Shown here in pieces: positions 40,188-49,707 of a stretch of 64,000 nt of DNA. Within the stretch, counting starts at the first letter, position 1. The number at the start of each line of letters is the position of its first letter. The translations under genes and the position numbers were made by a program. Under the pieces are notes generated by a model, which ran no database searches, had not been told where the DNA came from, and saw only the letters and a list, made by a program, of their open reading frames with translations. This DNA comes from Terriglobia bacterium. GTDB taxonomy: Bacteria > Acidobacteriota > Polarisedimenticolia > Polarisedimenticolales > JAIQFR01. The DNA lies in the NCBI GenBank assembly GCA_963748015.1, contig CAVVHE010000008.1, positions 768,001-832,000 of the forward strand, written 5' to 3'.

Positions 40188-43058
40188 GTGAAGCGCACTG
40201 CGACCGTCGCGATGACGGCCCTATGCCTGACCTTGAGTCCGTTGCGCGCCGAGAGGTCGCCCTCGGAGACGGGCGCCCGTGGAGGCGTGCCGGCCGCTTC
40301 CGACTGGATCGTCGCACTGCCATCTCCCAGCCCGTCGGGCCTCAGTTACCACGCGATGGCGTACGACCGTGCGCGGCGCCGCGTCGTGCTCTTCGGGGGC
40401 GAAGGGAGCATGGATCGTGCCGACCGCACCTGGGAGTGGAATGGCCGCGCCTGGGCGCAGCGGTCGCCGTCCACGAGCCCGTCCGCCCGGGAAAGTCATT
40501 CGATGGCGTACGACGACGCCCGCGGCCGCGTCGTGCTCTTCGGTGGTTCGGACCAGTCCGGCTTGCTCGCCGACACGTGGGAATGGGACGGGAGTTCGTG
40601 GGTGGAGAAAGCACGGGGCACCGGGCCGCCGCCTCGTGGCGGTCACGCAATGGCGTACGACAGCGCGCGGGGGCGCATCGTGCTGTTTGGAGGATACGGC
40701 AACGGACGTGAGTTGGCGGACACGTGGGAATGGGACGGGAACTCATGGGCGGAAAGGACGTCGGCGGCGAGCCCGTCCGCCCGGGAAGGTCACGCGATGG
40801 CGTACGACGCCGCGCGGGGACGCACGGTAGTCTTCGGGGGGCTCCATGAGTCTGGGACCTTTCTCTCGGACACTTGGGAGTGGGACGGGGACACGTGGAA
40901 CGAGCAGAAACCAGCCTCGAGCCCTCCCGCGCGCGGAGCGCACGCCATGGCTTACAGCTCCGAGCGAGGAGAGGTGCTGCTTTTCGGCGGAACCCAGAAC
41001 CCGGGAGAACTCGCCGACACGTGGGTATGGAATGGCATCGCGTGGATCGAGAAGACGCCAACAGGCGGCCCGCCCGCCCGCGACGGCTGCGCGTCGGCGT
41101 ATGACAGCGTCCGAGACCGAATCGTGCTTTTCGGGGGCATGGGCCTATCGGACACCTGGGAGTGGGACGGCGAAAAGTGGGAGGAACGCACGCCGGCCAC
41201 CAGCCCGCCGCCCCGGAGCGAACACGCCATGACTTTCGATTCCGCGAGGGGCCGGACCGTTCTTTTCGGCGGCACGGGAATGCCCGGTGACCTCGGCGAT
41301 ACCTGGGAGTGGGACGGGAGCACCTGGGAGGAGCGGACGCCGGCCGTCAGTCCGCCGGCTCGCAGGAGTCCCGCCATGGCTTACGACGCCGCGCGGGGGC
41401 GCGTCGTGCTGTTCGGCGGAATCGGGGGCGCCGAGTATTCCGACACGTGGGAGTGGGACGGGAGCACGTGGGAGGAGCGGACGCCTACCGTAAGCCCGCC
41501 GGCTCGAGCGGACCACGGGATGGCGTACGACGCTGCGAGGGAACGGGTCGTGCTGTTCGGCGGCTACTTCTCTTCCGGGGACACGTGGGAATGGGATGGT
41601 TCCGACTGGGTGGAGAAAACCGGAGCCGACGGGCCCGCGGGCCGGCACGGCCACGCGATGGCCTATGACGCCGTGAGAGGGCGCGTTGTCCTGTTCGGTG
41701 GTGTTGGATGGGCCGGCATCTTTGTCGACACTTGGGAGTGGGACGGAAGTTCATGGACGGAAAGAACCTCGGCCACGGGCCCGAGCGAGCGAGAGGGCTT
41801 TTCGATGGCGTTCGACCGAGCGCGGGCGCGAATCGTTCTTTTCGGGGGCGGGCTCAACACCGTCAGCATGGGTTACCGGATGTACGCCGACACCTGGGAA
41901 TGGGACGGGATCTCGTGGCGGCAGACGGTGCCGGCGAGCAATCCCCCGGGCCGCGCCGGCCACGCCCTCGCATACGACGACCTCCGGGGTCGCATCGTCA
42001 TGGTAGGAGGCGTGAATCAGGCAGGCGCGCTCGTCCCCGACCGGGCCACCTGGGAGTACGCTCCGCTCGCCGGGTGCGGCCACGCTGCGCGGGTCGCCGA
42101 GTTCGTGCCCGGCAGCGGCGCGGGTGACGATTCCGTCGCCGGAGCGGTTGGCCCCGCGGACGGTCTGGCCGTTTCCCTGGGAATCGACGGGAGCATCGTT
42201 CTGCAGACGAACGTCCCCGTGATTGATGGCCCCGGGACCGACCTGGTCGTCTCGGAGCGCGGCGCCAACGGCGGGGGCATCGACGAGAACTTCCATGTCG
42301 AGGCGAGCGAAGACGGCGTCGATTTCGTCTTCCTCCGCGGCTGCGCCGGGGGCGAGTGCCAGGTCGATCTCCTTGACACCGGTCTCGCGAGCGTCTCGTA
42401 CATCCGACTCACGGACCTTCCGCCCCGGGAAACCGGGACGGCTTTCCCGTACCTGGGGGCGGACATCGACGCGGTCACCGCGACCCACTGCTCGAGCCTC
42501 GAGGCGTGCAACGGGCTCGACGACGACGGCGACGGGTTCGTTCCCCCCGACGAGGCGGATCACGACGGCGACCGTCATGTCGCGTGTTGGCCCTGGTCGG
42601 GCTCCAACTCGCGCATCGACGGCGGCGGCGACTGCAACGACTCCGATTCGGCAATCCGTCCGGGGGCCGCCGAGAGTTGCAACGGGCTTGACGACGACTG
42701 CACTGGAAGGCCGGACGAGGGATTTCCCGATGCCGACACCGACGGGGTAGCGGACTGCGTGGACAATTGCACGGAGATCTACAATCCCGACCAGGCCAAG
42801 GACGAGCTCGACGCGCTAGGTGACGCCTGCGAGCCCTGGTCGCTCTTCCACGCCGCGGATTTCTCGGCCGATGGTTTTTCGTTCGACCGAATCGACGGCA
42901 GGGACCTGTTCGTGTTCGCCAGCAGCTACGGACTGTGCCCCGGGGACGCGGGATACGATCCGCAGTCCAACATTGATCGCGTACCGTCGATGCCCGGATC
43001 CTGCGTCGACGCGGACGACCTGCACCTATTCCTGAACGAATTCGGCACGGGCCGGTAG
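40188..43058 (+). CDS. Large secreted Kelch-like repeat protein with Ca-binding repeats and a dockerin/EF-hand-like C-terminus
   Basis: 12 copies of HAMAYDxxRGRxVLFGG...DTWEWDG; CNGLDDD repeats; IDGRDL...VDADDL pair at the C-terminus. Confidence 0.88.
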   Translation: MKRTATVAMTALCLTLSPLRAERSPSETGARGGVPAASDWIVALPSPSPSGLSYHAMAYDRARRRVVLFGGEGSMDRADRTWEWNGRAWAQRSPSTSPSARESHSMAYDDARGRVVLFGGSDQSGLLADTWEWDGSSWVEKARGTGPPPRGGHAMAYDSARGRIVLFGGYGNGRELADTWEWDGNSWAERTSAASPSAREGHAMAYDAARGRTVVFGGLHESGTFLSDTWEWDGDTWNEQKPASSPPARGAHAMAYSSERGEVLLFGGTQNPGELADTWVWNGIAWIEKTPTGGPPARDGCASAYDSVRDRIVLFGGMGLSDTWEWDGEKWEERTPATSPPPRSEHAMTFDSARGRTVLFGGTGMPGDLGDTWEWDGSTWEERTPAVSPPARRSPAMAYDAARGRVVLFGGIGGAEYSDTWEWDGSTWEERTPTVSPPARADHGMAYDAARERVVLFGGYFSSGDTWEWDGSDWVEKTGADGPAGRHGHAMAYDAVRGRVVLFGGVGWAGIFVDTWEWDGSSWTERTSATGPSEREGFSMAFDRARARIVLFGGGLNTVSMGYRMYADTWEWDGISWRQTVPASNPPGRAGHALAYDDLRGRIVMVGGVNQAGALVPDRATWEYAPLAGCGHAARVAEFVPGSGAGDDSVAGAVGPADGLAVSLGIDGSIVLQTNVPVIDGPGTDLVVSERGANGGGIDENFHVEASEDGVDFVFLRGCAGGECQVDLLDTGLASVSYIRLTDLPPRETGTAFPYLGADIDAVTATHCSSLEACNGLDDDGDGFVPPDEADHDGDRHVACWPWSGSNSRIDGGGDCNDSDSAIRPGAAESCNGLDDDCTGRPDEGFPDADTDGVADCVDNCTEIYNPDQAKDELDALGDACEPWSLFHAADFSADGFSFDRIDGRDLFVFASSYGLCPGDAGYDPQSNIDRVPSMPGSCVDADDLHLFLNEFGTGR

Positions 43059-43114
43059 CGTGCGCTGGGCATGAGCCCGACGCGCGCCGACCGACGAGTC
43101 GGGGCGGATGCCGA

Positions 43115-44062
43115 TCAGAGCGCCAGGACGAGCTTCCCTCGAACGTGGCCGGCCTCGCTCAGCTTCTGCGCCTCCGCGGCATCGGCGAGCGGGAAGATGC
43201 GCTGCACGTTCGGCTTCAGCTTCCCCTTGTCGCACAGCTCGGCCAGGGTCGCCAGCTGCGACGCGCTGGGCTCGACGAAGACGTAGCCGGCGTTCACGTC
43301 GCGCTTCTTCGCGAGGGCGGGGTCGGGGGGCGTGACGATGCTCACGAGGTGCCCGCCCGGCTTGAGGACGTCGAAGCTGAGCTTCTGCGTCTCGCCGCCG
43401 ACGGTGTCGTAGACGAAGTCCACCCCCTCGGGGCTGAGGCGGTCCACCGCCTCGCTCCAGTCCTCCCGGGAGTAGTCGATGGCGGACTCCGCGCCGAGGC
43501 CGAGGAGGAACTCCTGGTTGGAAGTCCCCGCCGTGGCGAGGACGCGGGCGCCGGCGTTCCTCGCGAGCTGCACCGCGAAATGCCCGACGCCTCCCGCGCC
43601 CGCGTGGATCAGAACCACCGATCCGGGTCCGACTCCACCCGGGCCGAAAAGCGACTGGTAGGCGGTGAGCGCGGCGAGCGGAACGGCCGCGGCTTCCTCG
43701 AACAGGAGCTTCGAGGGCATCGGGGCGACGCTGGTCTCGGGGATCGCGACGAACTCGGCGTAGGTTCCCCACTGCACGACGGGCTTCCGCGCGTAGGCGA
43801 AGACCCGTTCTCCCTTGCGGAAGCGGGTCGCGCCGTCCCCTATCTCCTCGACGGTTCCGGCGACGTCCCAGCCGGGGACGACCGGGAAGGCGTGGGGGAG
43901 CCGCTTCTCCAGCAGGCCCTCGCGGATTTTCCAGTCCACGGGATTGACGCCCGCGGCGACGACGCGGACGACGACCTCGCCCGGGCCGGCGTGCGGCTCG
44001 GGGAGGTCCATGGGCTTCAACTTCTCCGGTCCGCCGAATTCCTCGAGGGCGATGGCGCGCAT
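43115..44062 (-). CDS. NADP-dependent oxidoreductase (quinone reductase-like MDR)
   Basis: GVNPVDWK, GWDVAG, LIHAGAGGVG, HVRGKLVL; RBS AAGGAG. Confidence 0.93.
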   Translation of the reverse strand: MRAIALEEFGGPEKLKPMDLPEPHAGPGEVVVRVVAAGVNPVDWKIREGLLEKRLPHAFPVVPGWDVAGTVEEIGDGATRFRKGERVFAYARKPVVQWGTYAEFVAIPETSVAPMPSKLLFEEAAAVPLAALTAYQSLFGPGGVGPGSVVLIHAGAGGVGHFAVQLARNAGARVLATAGTSNQEFLLGLGAESAIDYSREDWSEAVDRLSPEGVDFVYDTVGGETQKLSFDVLKPGGHLVSIVTPPDPALAKKRDVNAGYVFVEPSASQLATLAELCDKGKLKPNVQRIFPLADAAEAQKLSEAGHVRGKLVLAL

Positions 44063-44140
44063 GCTCGTGCTCCTTCCCGGCCATTCTATCCCGCCGCGCG
44101 GCATCGGGCCGGAGAATATCCTGGAAGACGGGGCGAAATT

Positions 44141-44446
44141 CTAGGCGCGCGCCCCTAGGCGGGCGGAGACCTCGGCCGGCGAGAGGCGAACGAGCACCGT
44201 CTTGTCCGGCGACGTTTCGCCCGAGAGGATCTCGATCGAGGACGCGGGAAGGTCGAGAGCGCGGGCGAGGAGCTCGATCACGGCGCGATTGGCCTTCCCG
44301 CGCTCCGGCGCCGCGGCGACCGTCACTTTCAACGCGCCGCCGTGAGGTCCGACGACCGCACTCCGCCGCCCGCCGGGCTTCACGCGGAGCCGCAACCGCG
44401 TCCCTTCCCTGACTTCAATCAACTCCAGTTCCAAAGTGCCAGACAT
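44141..44446 (-). CDS. DUF167/YggU family protein
   Basis: VKPG, LKVTVAAAPERGKAN, GETSPDK. Confidence 0.9.
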   Translation of the reverse strand: MSGTLELELIEVREGTRLRLRVKPGGRRSAVVGPHGGALKVTVAAAPERGKANRAVIELLARALDLPASSIEILSGETSPDKTVLVRLSPAEVSARLGARA

Positions 44447-44489
44447 GGCCCAGAAACCTCGCCACTCCGCGCCCGAACCCCTGGGTTCA

Positions 44490-44549
44490 GACATTACTGC
44501 CGTTACAGGCCCTTACGATTCCGTACCGACATGTTACGCCAGTAATGTC
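44490..44549. repeat. 18-bp imperfect inverted repeat in the divergent yggU/purF region
   Basis: GACATTACTGCCGTTACA ... TGTTACGCCAGTAATGTC (16/18 complementary). Confidence 0.7.
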
Positions 44550-44585
44550 CGACCCCATCCCGATTCGGTCTGCTACCATGGCGGT

Positions 44586-46040
44586 ATGTGCGGGTTCATC
44601 GGGGTCATCGGGGCGGAGCCGGCGGTGAAGGAGATCTATGACGGTCTCCTGGCGATCCAGCACCGCGGGCAGGATGCGGCGGGGATCGTCACGTACGACG
44701 GGCGCTTCCACGTTAAGAAGGGGGAGGGGCTCGTCCGCGACATCTTCTCGGCGGCCAACTTCGAGCGGCTGAAGGGCGACCTCGGGGTGGGGCACGTCCG
44801 GTACCCGACCGTGGGCTCCGGGGGCGGCGAGGACGCCCAGCCGTTCACGGTGAACTACCCGTACGGCATCACGATGGCCCACAACGGGAACGTGGCGAAC
44901 TACGAGGACCTCAAGGGGGATCTCGCGATCCGGGGCCTCCGCCACCTCTACTCCGGGTGCGACGTCGAGGTCGTGCTGAACGTCTTCGCGAACGCCCTCG
45001 CCCGCGGCGCCGAGAGCGGGTTCCGGCTCGACGGGTACTTCGACGCGGTGAGGGAGGTCTACCGCCAAGTGCGCGGCGCGTACAGCGTGGTCGGCTTCAT
45101 CGCCGGGCTCGGCCTCTTCGCGTTCCGCGACCCTTACGGCATCAAGCCGATCGCGATGGGACGCCGCCGCGTGAACGGGCGGGACGCCTATGCCGTCTCT
45201 TCCGAGAGCGTGGTCCTCGCGGCCCTCGACTACGAGCTGATGCCCTGGGGGCACCCGGGCGAGGCGGTCTTCGTGAGCATGGACGGCGAGGTGCACAGTC
45301 GGAAGGTCGCGGAGCCGACGCACCACCCGTGCGTGTTCGAGTTCGTCTACTTCGCGCGTCCCGACTCCAGCATCGACGGGATCTCGGTCTACAAGTCGAG
45401 GATCCGGATGGGAGAGCGGCTCGCCGAGACGTTCCGCCGCTCGGGCCTCCACGCGGACGTGATCATTCCCGTCCCGGATTCCGCGCGGACCGCGGCGCTC
45501 TCGATGGCGCAGTCGCTCGGAATCCCGTACCGGGAAGGGCTCGTGAAGAACCGGTACGTCGGCCGCACGTTCATCATGCCGAGCGACGGCGAGCGCCAGG
45601 CCAGCATCCGCCACAAGCTCAACCCGATCGAGGACGAGTTCCGGGACAAGGACGTGCTCCTGGTGGACGACTCGATCGTCCGGGGCCACACGAGCCGGAA
45701 GATCGTCCAACTCGCCCGCTCCTCCGGGGCGCGCCGGGTCCTGTTCGCCTCCACGGCGCCGCCGCTCCTCCACCCCTGCGTGTACGGTATCGACATGAGC
45801 ACGCGGCGCGAGTTCGTGGCCCGCGGCCGGACCCACGAGGAGGTCGCGCGCGAGATCGGCGCCGACGCGGTGCTCTACCAGACGCTCGACGACCTCGTGG
45901 GCGCGGTCACCGACGGGCAGAGCCACGTGGAGCGGATGTGCACCGCCTGCTTCTCGGGCATCTACCCCACCGGCGACATCACCCCGCGGATGCTCCTGCA
46001 GATCGAGGAGGAGCGGCTGGTGGTCGGCAAGAAGGCGTGA
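44586..46040 (+). CDS. purF: Amidophosphoribosyltransferase
   Basis: MCG N-terminal nucleophile, QHRGQDAAG, HVRYPT, YFARPDS, VDDSIVRG, YGIDM. Confidence 0.97.
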   Translation: MCGFIGVIGAEPAVKEIYDGLLAIQHRGQDAAGIVTYDGRFHVKKGEGLVRDIFSAANFERLKGDLGVGHVRYPTVGSGGGEDAQPFTVNYPYGITMAHNGNVANYEDLKGDLAIRGLRHLYSGCDVEVVLNVFANALARGAESGFRLDGYFDAVREVYRQVRGAYSVVGFIAGLGLFAFRDPYGIKPIAMGRRRVNGRDAYAVSSESVVLAALDYELMPWGHPGEAVFVSMDGEVHSRKVAEPTHHPCVFEFVYFARPDSSIDGISVYKSRIRMGERLAETFRRSGLHADVIIPVPDSARTAALSMAQSLGIPYREGLVKNRYVGRTFIMPSDGERQASIRHKLNPIEDEFRDKDVLLVDDSIVRGHTSRKIVQLARSSGARRVLFASTAPPLLHPCVYGIDMSTRREFVARGRTHEEVAREIGADAVLYQTLDDLVGAVTDGQSHVERMCTACFSGIYPTGDITPRMLLQIEEERLVVGKKA

Positions 46041-46951
46041 AGCTCCGCCTCGAAGCGCCGCCGGGCTTCTCGTTCCGACGCACGCTCTTGAGCCACGGCT
46101 GGTGCCTCCTCGCCCCGTTCGAGGCGGGGCGTAACGCGGACTCGCTCGCGACAACGGTGCCGCTTCCGGGCGGCGGCGCGATGCGGTTCCTCCTCCGGCC
46201 GGAGAAGGGCGCCGTCGTCCTCGAGGCCCCCGGCTCCCCCAAGGCCGCCGCGCGACGCCATCTCGAAGCCGCCGCGCGCAGGATCCTGAACCTCGACCTC
46301 GATCTCGCGCCTTTCCACGCCGCCTGCGCGGCAACGGAAGGGCTCGAGTGGATCGCGAAGGCCGGGGCGGGGCGCCTCCTTCGCGCGCCCACCCTTTTCG
46401 AGGACGTGGTCAAGCTCGTCCTGACCACCAACTGCTCGTGGAGCCTGACGACCCGCATGACGCGCGCCGTCGTGGACCTCTGGGGCGAGCCCGCCCCGGG
46501 CGGGGCGCGCGCGTTCCCGACCCCCGCGGCGCTCGCCGGAGCCGGAGATGCCGCGCTCCGCGAGCGGGCGAGGACCGGTTACCGCGCGCCGCTCCTCGCG
46601 TCGCTCGCGCGCAAGGTCGCGGACGGCGAGGTGGATCCAGAGTCGTGGCAGCGCGACGGGCGCGACGTCGCGGCGCTCCGGAAGGAGATGCTCTCGCTCC
46701 CGGGAGCCGGCCCGTACGTCGCGGAGAACCTCCTCAAGATGCTCGGCAGGCCGGACGGCCTGGCCCTCGACTCGTGGATGCGCGGCCAGTACGCGAAGCT
46801 GTACCACGGCGGCCGCGCCGTCACCGACAGGACGATTGCTAGGCGGTACGCGAAGCTGGGCCGGTGGGCAGGACTGGCCGCCTGGCTCGACCTGACCCGC
46901 GAGTGGCTCGACGGGGACTCGCCGTCGGCGGCGTGGGAGTCGCTCGCTTGA
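46037..46951 (+). CDS. HhH-GPD DNA glycosylase (AlkA/Ogg-like)
   Basis: SHGW, GRLLRAPTLFED, FPTP, GYRA, LPGAGPY; GTGA overlap with purF. Confidence 0.88.
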   Translation: MKLRLEAPPGFSFRRTLLSHGWCLLAPFEAGRNADSLATTVPLPGGGAMRFLLRPEKGAVVLEAPGSPKAAARRHLEAAARRILNLDLDLAPFHAACAATEGLEWIAKAGAGRLLRAPTLFEDVVKLVLTTNCSWSLTTRMTRAVVDLWGEPAPGGARAFPTPAALAGAGDAALRERARTGYRAPLLASLARKVADGEVDPESWQRDGRDVAALRKEMLSLPGAGPYVAENLLKMLGRPDGLALDSWMRGQYAKLYHGGRAVTDRTIARRYAKLGRWAGLAAWLDLTREWLDGDSPSAAWESLA

Positions 46952-47853
46952 TGTCCGGCGCGCTGCTGGGGGAAGGTTCCTGCCTCCTTGCGGCGTCCGT
47001 CTGGGCGGTCACCGTCGCCACGTTCCGCCGCCCGATCGAGGCGTTCGGCGCGCGGACCATCAACCTCGCCAAGTGCGTGATCTCGAGCGCGCTCTTTCTC
47101 GTAACGATCCTCGCGCTGGGGCGTGGGAGCGTTCTGACCGCCGCCCCGTTCCACGACGTGGCGTTCGTCGCCCTCTCCGGCCTCGTCGGCCTGACCGCAG
47201 GCGACTCGGCGCTCTTCGCCGCCGTGGGCCGTCTCGGCGCCTACCGCGCGCTGCTTCTTCAGACGCTCGCCCCCGTTTTCACCGCCGTCTTCGCCCTGGC
47301 GTGGCAGCGGGAGGTGCCCCGCGGGACGCATCTCCTGGGCATGGCTCTCACGCTCCTCGGCGTGGCGCTCGTCGTCGCGAAGCGCAGCGGCCCGGACGGC
47401 GCCACGCCCCTCGCGCCGTCCCGCCGGACGGCCGGCATCTTGTTCGGAATCCTCGCGGCGGTAGGGCAGGGGGGCGGCATCGTCCTCGCCAAGGCCGGGA
47501 TGGGCACGCTCCCGTCCCTGCACGCGAGCTTCATCCGGCTCGGCACCGCCGCCGCCGGCCTCCTCCTGCTCGGCCTGCTCGACGGGACGCTCCGTCGCGC
47601 CCGCGACCTCTCCCGCGCCCCCGCCTCGCTCGGCCGCGTCGTCCCCGCCGCCTTCATGGGCTCCTACGTCGGGATCTTCCTGATGATGTTCGGCGTCGGT
47701 GCCGCCCCGGCCGCCGTGGCCGCCGTTCTCCTCTCCACCACCCCCGTCTTCAGCCTGTTCCTCGACGTCGCCCGCGGCCGCGAGCGCTTCACCCTCCGCG
47801 CCGTCGCCGGCACCCTCACCGCCATCGCCGGCATCGCCGTCCTCACGCAGTAG
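46951..47853 (+). CDS. EamA/DMT family transporter
   Basis: About ten TM helices in two repeats, SGLVGLTAGD; TGATG overlap with the preceding gene. Confidence 0.9.
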   Translation: MSGALLGEGSCLLAASVWAVTVATFRRPIEAFGARTINLAKCVISSALFLVTILALGRGSVLTAAPFHDVAFVALSGLVGLTAGDSALFAAVGRLGAYRALLLQTLAPVFTAVFALAWQREVPRGTHLLGMALTLLGVALVVAKRSGPDGATPLAPSRRTAGILFGILAAVGQGGGIVLAKAGMGTLPSLHASFIRLGTAAAGLLLLGLLDGTLRRARDLSRAPASLGRVVPAAFMGSYVGIFLMMFGVGAAPAAVAAVLLSTTPVFSLFLDVARGRERFTLRAVAGTLTAIAGIAVLTQ

Positions 47854-47883
47854 GTCCTCGCGCGAGCGCCCCGCACGGCTGCC

Positions 47884-47957
47884 TCGTCCGGAGTCCGGGG
47901 GTGTTCCTCGCCAACCCGACAAAGGGTTGTCTCCGGACACCCCCGGACTCCGGACGA
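47884..47957. repeat. REP-like hairpin, copy 1
   Basis: CGTCCGGAGTCCGGGGGTGT...ACACCCCCGGACTCCGGACG with an inner AACCC/GGGTT stem. Confidence 0.8.
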
Positions 47958-47984
47958 AGCAGCCGGGAACCGCCCGCCACACCT

Positions 47985-48260
47985 AGGAGCCGGTCCGAGT
48001 AATCCCGTGGGCCGCGCGCATGGGGCTTGCGAGTCGGAGACGAGGAGCGAGGAGGAAGACGATGTGCCTCCATCGACGACGACGAGCGACGAAGGATCCG
48101 ACCGCAACCCCCATGCGCCCTTTGGGTTCGGGGCGGCGTGGGGGCGTCTGCGTCGTCGCCGCTCCTTGTCGATGGGGGGACATCGACCGCGTCGCGGCTC
48201 CTCGCATCCGCCCCCACGGCGCCCCGAACGCGGCCTACGGGATTACTCGGACAGGCTCCT
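47985..48260. mobile_element. MITE-like non-coding element with 32-bp terminal inverted repeats
   Basis: AGGAGCCGGTCCGAGTAATCCCGTGGGCCGCG versus CGCGGCCTACGGGATTACTCGGACAGGCTCCT (2 mismatches); CTAG at both ends once the adjacent IS is removed. Confidence 0.65.
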
Positions 48261-48334
48261 GATATGGAACGACCTGTCAACCTCGAGCTTCCGACCCGAG
48301 ACACCTCCGTTCGGTTCCTCGCCGGGGCGGAACA

Positions 48335-48524
48335 GGCGGCGGTCGAGGCGGCTGACTCGACGGTTGATCACTCTGATATTCGCGGATCGGCCCCCAAGGG
48401 CGCGCCGTCATAATCGTGATCCGTCGGGAGCTGCCTCGGACTAGCATCGCGGATCCGGCCAGCGAGGGCCTGTCGCATAGGAGCCACGAGGATCCTCCTT
48501 CCCGTGTGCCCCTCGACCGCCGCC
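48335..48524 (-). ncRNA. Bridge/seek RNA candidate of the IS110 element
   Basis: 14-bp closing stem (48335-48348/48511-48524) enclosing two internal-loop hairpins with segments matching target (GGCTCCTA, GCTAG) and donor (ATATCAG). Confidence 0.75.
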
Positions 48525-48564
48525 GGCTCCGTCCCGGATTCATCCCTTCCCTACCTGATCGTTT

Positions 48565-49707
48565 TCATGCAGCTTGGCGCTTGCGGCCCACCGCCGGCAT
48601 CTGTCTCTCGACGTGCACGCCGATGGCCCAAATGAACCCCAACAGCTCCCGGGCCACCGCGGTGACCACCTGCTGCTTGACCTTCCCCTTGGCGGCCAAC
48701 CGTCGGTAGCGTTGGTGAAGGCGATGCTGGGCTTTCCAGGCGATCTCTTTCACGTCCTCGCTCAACCCCTCTTGACGCACGCGGAGCGCCCCACCGACGG
48801 CAGGGCGGTGCCGGTAGGCCCAGGCCGCTTCCACGACGATCCGGCGCAGATGGGCATTGCCCGTCTTGGTGATCGCACCTCGCCGGGTCCGCCCTCCGGA
48901 GGAGTCTTCACTGGACACCGCTCCGCTGTACCCCATCAGCTGCCGCGGGCGAGAGAAGCGGGAAAGCTGGCCGACCTCGGCGACGATCGTGACGCTGCTC
49001 ACCTTGGCGATGCCACGAAGGGCTTGGAGGGCATCGATCACGGCCCGTATTCCCTCAGGCGCGGCTTCGATCGCTTCGTCGATCGACCCCTCGAGCCGCT
49101 TGACTCGCTCCCGTGCGTGGTCCACTTCCGCCAAGTAGTCCGTCAGCACCGCCTGCTGAGCCGGGGCCTCGAACCCAACGGCCTGCCTCACCCACGCGAG
49201 ATGGGTCTCCGTCCACGGCTTCACCTTCGCGGGAGCTCGGCGCCCATGCCGAAGCAAGAACTTCTGAAGTCGGTGCCGCGCCCGAAGCTGATCCCCCTTC
49301 GCGGCCTCCCGAGCGCGCACCAGATCCCGCAGAGCTTCGTGCGCCGCATCCGGCACCCAAACCGGCGTCAGCTCTCCGGCCCGGTAGCTCTTCGCCAGCT
49401 TCGTTGCGTCGCGACGATCCGTCTTGACCCGGTCACCGGGCTTCACCGGTATCAACGTCGGCGCCACCACGTCGCAGTGAATCCCCATCTCGGTCAACTG
49501 CCAGTACAGGACGTATCCCGTCGGCCCCGCCTCGTAGCAGACCTTGAGACCCCTAGCCGAACCCAACCTCTTCATCAGCTTTCTCACCGACTCCGGCTTG
49601 TTGCCAATGATCCCCAACGACCGAACCTCGCCGCCAGGCTCCGCAACCGCCACCGCGATCGAGTCCGCATGTACGTCCAGGCCCACGAATCGGCTATCCT
49701 TCCCCAT
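48565..49707 (-). CDS. IS110 family transposase/recombinase
   Basis: DEDD RuvC-like motifs GLDVH, CYEAG, KTDRRDA; C-terminal YSG...SSG and TKTGN; RBS AAGGAG. Confidence 0.97.
   Translation of the reverse strand: MGKDSRFVGLDVHADSIAVAVAEPGGEVRSLGIIGNKPESVRKLMKRLGSARGLKVCYEAGPTGYVLYWQLTEMGIHCDVVAPTLIPVKPGDRVKTDRRDATKLAKSYRAGELTPVWVPDAAHEALRDLVRAREAAKGDQLRARHRLQKFLLRHGRRAPAKVKPWTETHLAWVRQAVGFEAPAQQAVLTDYLAEVDHARERVKRLEGSIDEAIEAAPEGIRAVIDALQALRGIAKVSSVTIVAEVGQLSRFSRPRQLMGYSGAVSSEDSSGGRTRRGAITKTGNAHLRRIVVEAAWAYRHRPAVGGALRVRQEGLSEDVKEIAWKAQHRLHQRYRRLAAKGKVKQQVVTAVARELLGFIWAIGVHVERQMPAVGRKRQAA

Noticed and set aside
40340..42060. Regularly spaced DNA repeats resembling a CRISPR array
   Set aside because: They are in-frame Kelch-like protein repeats with synonymous variation; no cas genes
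37459..46951. DNA-repair island (alkD, dinB, HhH glycosylase)
   Set aside because: Genes are in different operons and orientations, separated by unrelated genes; no shared SOS box was recognisable
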